Positions 1-7,066 are shown, numbered from the stretch's first letter. The stretch: 45,487 bases of DNA from Desulfobacteraceae bacterium (GCA_050050615.1 JASFTV010000002.1:1-45487); one strand, 5' to 3'. Notes: generated from the letters alone by a model not told the origin. Numbers and translations: made by a program.

Positions 1-822
1 TTTGGCCGGAATTTCAAGGAGGGCTCCATTCTCATCAATGTATTTTGCTTCATAGGAATAGAACTCGTGTTGGGGAAGGATTTCACCTGGAACCGACGCG
101 ATCGGGTTTTCGTTTCCCAAAATCGAACATTCGATTTCCCTTCCTTCGATAAACTCCTCGATCAGAAGCTTGCTGTCGAACTGAAAGCCGTCACGAATAG
201 CCGCCATAAACTGATCCTCAGTGCTTACTTTATGGACGCCTACAGATGAACCCAGGTTGGCTGGCTTAATAAAGAACGGCAAATCGAGGCGATCCTTCAA
301 TTCGTGAAAGCTCACTCGGTCAGTTTCATTCTTCATGAAAGTTATAAATCGGGCAATGGGTATGCCTGCATCTCTTAACAACCGTTTCATGACATCCTTG
401 TCCATTCCAATGGCTGAACCCAGCACACTAGCCCCTACGAACGGCACATTTGCTACTTTGAGCAATCCCTGAATCGTGCCGTCCTCACCAAATGGACCAT
501 GAAGAATGGGGAAAATGACATCAACGGGACCCACTGGCTCTTTGGTATTCAGGCGAACTAAGTGTTGCTTATCATCTCCGGGAATTATGGCGAGATAGTC
601 ATCGCTCTGAACTAACTTTATCAACTCCGGATTATCCGAATTCTTTAAGAACTCTGAAGCCTCAGCAAGGTGCCATCTTCCCTCCTTGTCTATCCCGATC
701 AAGACGACATCGTACTTTTCGCGATCAACCGCTTCGATCACGTTTTTCGCTGATTGGAGAGACACCTCGTGCTCAGCCGACTTCCCCCCAAACAAGACAC
801 CCAGGCGGATTTTAGTCTTCAC
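1..822 (-). CDS. ddl: D-alanine--D-alanine ligase (3' end lies beyond the window edge)
   Basis: Absent from the ORF track because it runs off the edge. My minus-strand translation from GTG at 820-822 reads VKTKIRLGVLFGGKSAEHEVSLQSAKNV...ILHGPFGEDGTIQGLL...FIKPANLGSSVGV, a typical Ddl ATP-grasp sequence. GGAGG is at 835-839. Confidence 0.85.
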   Translation of the reverse strand, partial: MKTKIRLGVLFGGKSAEHEVSLQSAKNVIEAVDREKYDVVLIGIDKEGRWHLAEASEFLKNSDNPELIKLVQSDDYLAIIPGDDKQHLVRLNTKEPVGPVDVIFPILHGPFGEDGTIQGLLKVANVPFVGASVLGSAIGMDKDVMKRLLRDAGIPIARFITFMKNETDRVSFHELKDRLDLPFFIKPANLGSSVGVHKVSTEDQFMAAIRDGFQFDSKLLIEEFIEGREIECSILGNENPIASVPGEILPQHEFYSYEAKYIDENGALLEIPAK

Positions 823-1003
823 TGAAAGTCCTTTCCTCCGTCATGCTTTTTCGCATCGTATGGGAATGCTTACTGAACAGTCCACTGCACCAGAAGCCCG
901 CGTTCCCACCATCACAGCCGGCCCGAACCGTTGAGTCCAGCCTTTCAGAGCATGCTGGACGTTCGCCCCCGGCAAATGCTTGTTGGAGACCCATGGGGCA
1001 AGC

Positions 1004-1465
1004 TCATTTCCGATATCCGACAGCATGCAGGTAATACGCTGCCGTGTAATTCCCCACGTGTCTAAACCGTTTTGTCAGCAACTCAATCAAACCCTCTTCC
1101 GTCATATCTCCCAATGACTTTAGGAAACCGGCGAAAGAGCCATACTCCTTCTTTATGCTTTTGAACTCCCGCGCGTTCTGTATGATAGCTTCAACCTTGC
1201 TTTTGTTTCTTAGCACATTCGGTTCTTCAAGTAAAAGGCTGGCTTCTGCTCTGGACAGCCGAGCAATGTTAAATCCGCAGAAGCCTTTGTGATACTTTCG
1301 CCAATTGCGTCTTATGACTCCCCAGTTCAGCCCGGCTTGTAAAATGCACAGGCAAAGAATTTCGAAATAGCCCTGGTCCGATTCAGGTTTTCTGCCTGGC
1401 CTGCACGCGTTTTCCTCCTCCTTGGCATAGACGCAGTCCCATGGCGCTCTATGTTGTTTCTTCAT
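1004..1465 (-). CDS. tag: DNA-3-methyladenine glycosylase I family protein
   Basis: 153 aa. FEILCLCILQAGLNWGVIRRNWRKYHKGF and KSKVEAIIQNAREF resemble E. coli Tag (FEMICLEGQQAGLSWITVLKKRENYRACF, RGKIQAIIGNARAY). Confidence 0.7.
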   Translation of the reverse strand: MKKQHRAPWDCVYAKEEENACRPGRKPESDQGYFEILCLCILQAGLNWGVIRRNWRKYHKGFCGFNIARLSRAEASLLLEEPNVLRNKSKVEAIIQNAREFKSIKKEYGSFAGFLKSLGDMTEEGLIELLTKRFRHVGNYTAAYYLHAVGYRK

Positions 1466-1711
1466 ATATGACCTTACCTGCTGGCCCTATCGACGCGCCC
1501 GCATGTCAAACCAAGCCCGGTTTGACAATGATCCGGGACACACATGCCGGGGCATAGCAACGCCAAGGATCAGAGACAATCCTTTCATAGCTCAGTTCTC
1601 TTTGTGCACAGGAATATGTAATCTCCGACCTTCTCACCATCAAACAAATTATCATAGCGATTTGCCGTGTGGCATTCCTAAACAGTATACTTCTCTCTCT
1701 GAGTTATCCCC

Positions 1712-2536
1712 TCAAATACTTTCGCTGCGGATTGCTCTAAAATCCTTCATGCCCTTTCGGGCTAGAATAGCAAAAATGCCGGGAAAATATTTGTACAACC
1801 TCCACAGCACATGCGCATGGGGGGTAACCACGACGATAGCCCGATTGCGGGAAACCCCTTCAAGGATAATCCGCGCCGCTTTTTGTGAATCCATGATCTT
1901 CACTCGAATTGACTGCAACAACTTCTCTCTGTCTGCGCCGAGCAGCGTCCCCGCATAATGAATGCCGGTTTGGATGAATCCCGGGCACACGACGCTTATC
2001 TTGACACCCAGTGCCTCACCTTCCGCACGCATTGCGGTAGAAAGTCCGACAACAGCATATTTTGTGGCAACGTAGGAACTTACAGACGGGAAGGGAGCAA
2101 GGCCCGCCAGGGAAGAAACGTTCACAATATGCCCGAAACCCTGCCTGACCATCACCGAATAAGCGGCCTTCGTTCCATAAATAACGCCCCAGAGGTTGAC
2201 ATCGACAATGCGACGCCAGTGCTCGAGATTCATGTCACGTACCTCGCCAACGATTGCGATACCTGCGTTGTTGAACATGTAATCGAGGCGGCCGTTTTCC
2301 TCTGCCGTCTCTTCAATGAGCTTTTTTACACTCTCTGCTCGGGTTACATCAAGGTTACTGGCGATTGCAAGTCCGCCAGTTGCAGCGATCTCATCTGCAA
2401 CCTGCCTCGCGCGTTCGGTTTCGATGTCTGTCACATGCACGATTGCGCCTCTTTTACCGAGCTCAAGGCAAATGGCTCGTCCGATTCCTGAAGCACCACC
2501 CGTCACAATAGCTGTTTTATCCCTGAAAATATTCAT
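1712..2536 (-). CDS. SDR family oxidoreductase
   Basis: 274 aa with the TGGASGIGRAI cofactor motif, NNAG, and a YxxxK active site (YVATKYAV). Confidence 0.85.
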   Translation of the reverse strand: MNIFRDKTAIVTGGASGIGRAICLELGKRGAIVHVTDIETERARQVADEIAATGGLAIASNLDVTRAESVKKLIEETAEENGRLDYMFNNAGIAIVGEVRDMNLEHWRRIVDVNLWGVIYGTKAAYSVMVRQGFGHIVNVSSLAGLAPFPSVSSYVATKYAVVGLSTAMRAEGEALGVKISVVCPGFIQTGIHYAGTLLGADREKLLQSIRVKIMDSQKAARIILEGVSRNRAIVVVTPHAHVLWRLYKYFPGIFAILARKGMKDFRAIRSESI

Positions 2537-2744
2537 GATAGCAATTCCCCACTGCTTAGCGTAGTCATCAAAGCCTTAATCGATTGTGATTGAAACCGAT
2601 TTCGAAAGAGGATATCTCATCAGCTGTGTCCGGTTAGAATTTTGCATAACCCCGTTTGATGGCAAATGGGTAGTCCGCGGAAATCTCTTTTCAAAAACGA
2701 AAAAGTCGGTGCCCGGGAGCCGGCATTTGCGTAACAGCCCATGT

Positions 2745-2958
2745 AGTAGAGCGTTTCCTTATTAACATGTCATTTCGACCCCTTCGAGTGCCTCAGAGCC
2801 TGCCCTGCCTATCGCCCTGAGTTCATCGAAGGGAGCCTGCCGAAGGGGTAAACTCCGGGAGAAATCTTGGTAACCCATTGGCATTGTAAGATTTCTCCCC
2901 CCGTTTGCACGGGGGTCGAAATGGCAGTATTGCCACAGTACTTAGGAAACGCTCTACT
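2745..2958 (+). repeat. MITE-like structured repeat, full-length copy 1 (214 bp)
   Basis: 17 bp terminal inverted repeats: AGTAGAGCGTTTCCTTA (2745-2761) and TTAGGAAACGCTCTACT (2942-2958), 16/17 complementary. Nested IRs: TCATTTCGACCCC / GGGGTCGAAATG, and GGGAGAAATCTT (2857-2868) / AAGATTTCTCCC (2888-2899). Related copies at 24814, 29629, 21134 and 43703. Confidence 0.75.
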
Positions 2959-2987
2959 GGGCCTGATACCCTTTCCAGGTACAGCCG

Positions 2988-3632
2988 CTACATCAAAATG
3001 GATTTTGCCAGATCCGCCCCCAGTTTCGAGGCCCTAACCAATGTTTTCTTTTTCTCCTTAACTTTCCCTCTGTCAAAGACGCCTAAAACAGCCAGCTCTC
3101 CTATTATCTCATACCCCAACGCTTTGATTGGAAGGCGCATAGCCTCGAGCGTAAACCCCATATCTTTTTTGTTTACCTGCTCACAAACCGCTATGATGGC
3201 CGCTTTTCGCCCCTGCCCTGCCAAACGGCTCGACCATCCTCTAGGGCGGTTGTCATCAAAAACATAAAAGCAATACAGACGGTCAATAAATGCTTTCATC
3301 CATGCTGTGACATTGTAGTTGTGAGTCGGACATACGAGAACGAGACCTTGAGATTCCATTATTTTAGGATACAATAGACTCATCCCGTCATTCAGGCCCG
3401 AACAGATTTTGTCTTTCCTGCATTTTTCACATCCTATGCAGGGTTGAAATTGATAGTCTCTAAGGTGAATCTTTTCGGTCAAAACGTTGCTCTCTCTGGC
3501 CCTGTCTAAGGCCTGCTTTAGGAGCACATCTGAATTCCCATTTTTCCTTGGGCTACCGCCAACCCCAATGATCTTGGGCTTTGGAAAATGACCGGAAAGA
3601 CTGTTTTGCTTTGTTTCATGCTTAGCATTCAC
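2988..3632 (-). CDS. iron-sulfur flavoprotein / NADPH-dependent FMN reductase family protein
   Basis: 214 aa. Flavodoxin-like N-terminus IIGVGGSPRKNGNSDVLL plus a cysteine cluster CIGCEKCRKDKIC. GTG start with GAGGAGGAAGAG upstream. Confidence 0.65.
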   Translation of the reverse strand: MNAKHETKQNSLSGHFPKPKIIGVGGSPRKNGNSDVLLKQALDRARESNVLTEKIHLRDYQFQPCIGCEKCRKDKICSGLNDGMSLLYPKIMESQGLVLVCPTHNYNVTAWMKAFIDRLYCFYVFDDNRPRGWSSRLAGQGRKAAIIAVCEQVNKKDMGFTLEAMRLPIKALGYEIIGELAVLGVFDRGKVKEKKKTLVRASKLGADLAKSILM

Positions 3633-3680
3633 GGTTTACTCTTCCTCCTCTGTTCCTGGAATAGATACATGCGTACACGA

Positions 3681-3929
3681 TCACCCACTCTTTTTTTTGA
3701 TGATGCAAAAAAGCTTGTGGGTGACTATGACGAGCACGTTTGACAAGACGATGAGCGTAAAACATGCAGCTACAATGACGCCTAGCCAGAAGCTAGCCGC
3801 TAACGCTAAATCATAACCCAATAGCCTGCCAAATATTACGCCCGCAAAGAATAGGACGAGTTCTGCCAGGAATAAGACAAACAGCAGTAATTTGAAATGG
3901 TCCCAGGTCGGATTAGTTTCCCTCCTCAA
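3681..3929 (-). CDS. hypothetical small membrane protein (TTG start, uncertain)
   Basis: 82 aa with three hydrophobic helices and no recognisable family. It overlaps the repeat-derived tail of the ogt ORF. Confidence 0.3.
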   Translation of the reverse strand: MRRETNPTWDHFKLLLFVLFLAELVLFFAGVIFGRLLGYDLALAASFWLGVIVAACFTLIVLSNVLVIVTHKLFCIIKKKSG

Positions 3930-4644
3930 GATACCTGAAATCCTTTCTTGAGTGAATCTCCCCGCCCACAGGGCCGTGCATCTTCACAACCGGAACATGC
4001 CGCGCATTTTCCGGAAAGCGGCCATCGGCGGCCCACCCCCACCCTTCCGGACGGGGCCCTCTGCGGCGGTTTTTGTAGAAAAGGTTCTCTGCTGTTATCC
4101 GCCCTTTATCATCGAAACGAACACCTTCCATCTCGAGCAGGGCTCGCTTCATTTTGAGCCCGCCCTGATATCCGCCGAGGGTTCGATCGGTGCGTATGGC
4201 TCTGTGACATGGGATGATGATTGGAAACGGGTTCCTGGCCAGTGCGGTGCCAACAGCCCGAGCAGCCAATGGCTTGTGCAAATACCTCGCGATTCGCTGG
4301 TATGTGCTCACGTACCCGCGGGGGATGCCGTGCTCGGCACGCAGCACCTTCTGCTGGAAGTCCGAGCATAGATCCAGACGGACAACATCGAGAGCGAAGC
4401 GAATGGCGGTGCCTTGCAGGAATGCCCCGATCTGGCCTGCGACCTCACTGATTTCAACACAAGACAAAGCCGTGGAATCGGCGAACGAGGCTTCGATCCT
4501 CTGCTCAGCCGTGATTTTCGGTCTCGAAAGGAGGACTCTAAGAACCTTAGGCTGTTTTTCATGAACTGACCAAATCACGGCAAACGACCCAAAAGGGCTC
4601 GAGCGAAGGCAGAAGAACGCCTGTGATGGTCCTTTTCTCTTCAT
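3913..4644 (-). CDS. ogt: methylated-DNA--protein-cysteine methyltransferase with a repeat-derived C-terminal extension
   Basis: Active-site IIIPCHRAI and GGYQGGLKMKRALLEMEG match Ogt/Ada C-terminal domains. Homology ends near residue 190 (ENLFYKN). The last ~50 aa are read through the 4033-4080 repeat. Confidence 0.8.
   Translation of the reverse strand: MKRKGPSQAFFCLRSSPFGSFAVIWSVHEKQPKVLRVLLSRPKITAEQRIEASFADSTALSCVEISEVAGQIGAFLQGTAIRFALDVVRLDLCSDFQQKVLRAEHGIPRGYVSTYQRIARYLHKPLAARAVGTALARNPFPIIIPCHRAIRTDRTLGGYQGGLKMKRALLEMEGVRFDDKGRITAENLFYKNRRRGPRPEGWGWAADGRFPENARHVPVVKMHGPVGGEIHSRKDFRYLEEGN
4033..4080. repeat. GC-rich ~47 bp dispersed repeat (REP-B), copy 1
   Basis: CCCACCCCCACCCTTCCGGACGGGGCCCTCTGCGGCGGTTTTTGTAG is near-identical to 6334-6380 and 29588-29634. 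It contains the hairpin CCCCG...CGGGG. Confidence 0.7.
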
Positions 4645-4646
4645 GC

Positions 4647-4782
4647 GTTGAACGTGTCGGGATGAAGTCCAAGCGGCGGGGTTTTCGAAACCCTAAAGCC
4701 TTTATAGTGAAGCCCCTTAGCATTTCTCCCTGTCAGCCCCCCCCACCGGTTAGCGGGGCAACTCCCTGCGCGGACGTTATCT
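4647..4782 (-). other. candidate attC (136 bp) after the 124-aa membrane-protein cassette
   Basis: Minus strand reads AGATAACGTC...GACACGTTCAAC, with an R''/R' pairing AACGTC / GAC(A)CGTT. The R' box abuts the ogt ATG. Internal palindrome GGGTTTCGAAAACCC. Confidence 0.4.
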
Positions 4783-4795
4783 ATGATGGCGAGAA

Positions 4796-5170
4796 CTAAA
4801 CATACATTCCTAGCAGCACCAAAATAGAAGAGGTCGTGAAGATCACCGGGCAAAGCTTAAACGGCAAAAAGCTGATTTTGAATCCTGTCAACAGAGAGAT
4901 CCCTGACAGTGTGTTGAGCATTATGAAGCAAGTCCAATAGATGGCTTTCGAAATCATAGTGGTATGGTCTATGTATGTTACGGAAGCAATGATAGCTCCT
5001 ACGAAGACGAGGGAGATACCTTCGATGATCCATTCCATAGTGATGATTCTTCGATTATCGAGAGAAATGTCTCCGAAATCTCTAACGACAGATCTCGTTG
5101 GGAATAGGTGAGCCACTCCCCAGAAGAGGCAAAGGGCAGCACCCAGGTAAAGCAAGATTTGATTAACCAT
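4796..5170 (-). CDS. hypothetical integral membrane protein (cassette-borne)
   Basis: 124 aa with about 4 predicted TM helices and no recognisable family. Confidence 0.5.
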   Translation of the reverse strand: MVNQILLYLGAALCLFWGVAHLFPTRSVVRDFGDISLDNRRIITMEWIIEGISLVFVGAIIASVTYIDHTTMISKAIYWTCFIMLNTLSGISLLTGFKISFLPFKLCPVIFTTSSILVLLGMYV

Positions 5171-5357
5171 GAAGACCCCCGGAGTGTCGATGGATTTCGC
5201 TTAGCATGATCCACTATCCCTATCACCCGGCACCGCCAAAGAAAAGATCAGCCGCCCCGAGCCTGTCGAACGATCGGCTGCATCGGATGGCAGAGAAAAT
5301 TATGAATAAAAAATGCTTATTCTACGGTTCAAGGGGAGACGGCATGTAGGTTACATG

Positions 5358-5468
5358 CCCTAACCAGGCAAAAATGTCCCTTTTCGAGGGTGGACCTCGA
5401 TTTTATTGCTGCTGGCCAATTGATTGAAAATAGGCGAAATGCCGAAGAATACGCCCTATCTGTTTCGG
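5358..5468 (-). other. weak candidate attC after the histone-fold cassette
   Basis: Minus strand CCGAAAC...GTTAGGG with 5/7 end complementarity. Inner arms pair poorly. An ATAGGGCG/CGCCTAT hairpin plus a T-run could equally be a terminator. Confidence 0.25.
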
Positions 5469-5478
5469 ATATGATGGC

Positions 5479-5676
5479 CTACATAAAGTCTCTATCCATT
5501 ACGGTCTTGCGGCCATCAGCTTTTGCTTTCTCGATTGCTTGATCGCACAAATTGCGAATGGTGTCCGATAACGCCGGTGCAACATTGCCCGCCGTATTCA
5601 TTCCGGACACCGAACGGATATACTTCTTGAGTTTGGATACAACCACCAGTACCTCTTTTTCGCCGTGAGAGCTCAT
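5479..5676 (-). CDS. bacterial histone-fold protein (DUF1931 / HBb-like singlet histone)
   Basis: 65 aa: VLVVVSKLKKYIRSVSGMNTAGNVAPALSDTIRNLCDQAIEKAKADGRKTVMDRDF. This shows the helix-loop-helix-loop-helix pattern ending in the histone-fold hallmark A..GRKTV...D. Perfect AAGGAGG RBS upstream. Confidence 0.7.
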   Translation of the reverse strand: MSSHGEKEVLVVVSKLKKYIRSVSGMNTAGNVAPALSDTIRNLCDQAIEKAKADGRKTVMDRDFM

Positions 5677-5710
5677 CGTATTCCTCCTTTTCTGTGTTGT
5701 TAACGAAAGC

Positions 5711-5783
5711 AGCTAACGATCGAACGCAGCTGTGGGCAACCAGCGAAGTTGTTTGCGCTTCGGACCGCAGCGAGTGGTTAAAC
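5711..5783 (-). other. attC, CCACTCGCTGC family (73 bp)
   Basis: Minus strand GTTTAACCACTCGCTGCGG...CACAGCTGCGTTCGATCGTTAGCT. R'' GTTTAAC fits RYYYAAC. Central stem CGAAG/CTTCG. Confidence 0.55.
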
Positions 5784-5843
5784 ATCCCTGTGTTTTCTTA
5801 ACCACCTCCGCCGATCCTTGGCGCCCATTTCCTTGTTCTTTGC

Positions 5844-6050
5844 TCATAGCTCAAGCTCTTTCATCGTATCAGCCGTCGTGAGAATAGGACCTGATGTATC
5901 CTGCAACTTATGCAGTGCCACATCCAAGTCAGGTGATTCGGACAGATATGGTTCCAAAGCCCTTTGAACACGGTGAGACTTGGGGCTCTCTGTTTCTTTA
6001 GCGATATCAAAGAGTTTTGAGGCTATCTCGTCAGGGATCCTTATGCAAAT
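5844..6050 (-). pseudogene. ribbon-helix-helix antitoxin-like ORF lacking a canonical start codon
   Basis: My translation: (I)CIRIPDEIASKLFDIAKETESPKSHRVQRALEPYLSES..., an RHH beta-strand plus two helices. The frame is open from 6089 but has no ATG/GTG/TTG before codon 32. An ATGA-overlapping 20-codon stub follows and runs into the attC at 5783. Confidence 0.4.
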
Positions 6051-6145
6051 AGCCTTGCTCCTACGCGGCCTCCAATTTATTTTCTTGTATTACCTTGTAG
6101 TCGTTGTGAGTAGGAAATGCAAGGTGTTTTTCGAAGGCTACAAAA

Positions 6146-6252
6146 CGCCAACGTTCAGCCGCACACCAAAGCCCGCTGTAGCCCCGGCGAAAGCGGGCCT
6201 GTCTCGCCATAGCTTCAGCGATGGCGGATCCCGCTGCAGAGTGTTGTTGGTA
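6146..6252 (-). other. attC, same family (107 bp, branched)
   Basis: Minus strand TACCAACAACACTCTGCAGCGG...GCGGCTGAACGTTGGCG. Two internal perfect hairpins: GCCCGCT/AGCGGGC and CGCCAT/ATGGCG. Confidence 0.45.
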
Positions 6253-6333
6253 CGTTTCATCTTAGATGATAAACTTCACCTATCCCTAATGGCGCAACCT
6301 TGATATCTGATTCTGCAAAAACCACGCGCCATT

Positions 6334-6380
6334 CACCCCCGCCCTTCCGGACGGGGCTCTCTGCCGCGGTTTTGGCAGAT
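6334..6380. repeat. REP-B copy 2 (inside an ORF-less cassette)
   Basis: CACCCCCGCCCTTCCGGACGGGGCTCTCTGCCGCGGTTTTGGCAG matches 4033-4080 and 29588-29634. Confidence 0.7.
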
Positions 6381-6496
6381 TTCGAACCTCTCTGGTAAAA
6401 ATGGGCGTTTCTATGAAGGAAGCGCATGGCTATAGGCCAATGGCGTATAGCCATCAAGATATTTTCTAGGAGATTGTAAACTGAAGGAATTCATCT

Positions 6497-6613
6497 GGCT
6501 AGCGGCCGAGCTCAGCGGCGGGGCACGTGCGTGGCTAATAATCGCGCTTTCGCGATCAGTACTGAAAAACGAAAAAACTGTTTGCGCCTTCCGACTGCAG
6601 CGAGTGGTTAGAC
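6497..6613 (-). other. attC, same family (81-117 bp, R' end ambiguous)
   Basis: Minus strand GTCTAACCACTCGCTGCAG starts 5 nt after the TfoX stop codon. R' is either ATTAGCC (6533-6539) or GCTAGCC (6497-6503). Confidence 0.5.
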
Positions 6614-6618
6614 CGGAT

Positions 6619-6948
6619 TCACTTCGGTGGTAGAGAACTTGCGAATTCCCTGGCCTGATTCAGCCAACTCGCTAAGTCATGATCTGCCCGGAATCCATCC
6701 TGCTCCACCATGACCCATCCTTTCATTGGTTTCCCGGTGATGTCAAATGGCCTCACATGTGGCAATGCTAGAGCCTTATTGCCGTTTTCCTCGCCAAGTC
6801 GAAGGATGAGGAAGTCTTTGTAGACACCGCAGAACATATTTCCATTCAAAAGGTGGCACACGCCCCCGAACATACTCTTGTGATCGGTATTTTTCCAGCT
6901 CGATATCATTTTCTTTATTCTAGTTTCAATTTGTTTATTGTACGGCAT
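6619..6948 (-). CDS. TfoX/Sxy N-terminal domain protein (cassette-borne)
   Basis: 109 aa. MFGGVCHLLNGNMFCGVYKDFLILRLGEE is the TfoX_N pattern. GGGAGG RBS. Confidence 0.7.
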   Translation of the reverse strand: MPYNKQIETRIKKMISSWKNTDHKSMFGGVCHLLNGNMFCGVYKDFLILRLGEENGNKALALPHVRPFDITGKPMKGWVMVEQDGFRADHDLASWLNQAREFASSLPPK

Positions 6949-6976
6949 GCTCTAACCTCCCGAGTTAAATTCAGAT

Positions 6977-7066
6977 CTTCAACAGTTTCGAGCTGATCGG
7001 CCCCGCAGAGTTACCCCACTTGATTTTCGCTCCTCACGCGGGGTCCACTCCAGCGAGTGGTTATGC
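6977..7066 (-). other. attC, same family (90 bp)
   Basis: Minus strand GCATAACCACTCGCTGG...CAGCTCGAAACTGTTGAAG. The TAA stop of the hydrolase gene lies inside R'' (7061-7063). Confidence 0.55.

Noticed and set aside
2632-2651. GGTTAGAATTTTGCATAACC, which contains the same R-box words as the attC at 11264-11338, considered as evidence that the array extends past the SDR gene
   Set aside because: The boxes are adjacent and in the wrong order, and no paired arms flank them. Neighbouring genes (flavoprotein, SDR, tag) lack attC-like 3' sites.
3948-4564. Cluster of overlapping 69-139 aa ORFs around ogt
   Set aside because: These are alternative-frame or antisense readings with Arg/Pro/Ala/Ser-rich, low-complexity translations and no recognisable motifs, while the Ogt frame carries the PCHR active site.
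5516-5785. 89-aa minus-strand ORF overlapping the histone-fold gene and an attC
   Set aside because: It reads through the attC and overlaps a better-supported ORF with a perfect RBS. Its composition is not protein-like.
5774-5805. Perfect hairpin GTGGTTAA-N16-TTAACCAC, considered as an attC
   Set aside because: The polarity is GTT...AAC rather than AAC...GTT and it is only 32 bp. It is more likely a scar or duplicated half-site next to the real attC at 5711-5783.
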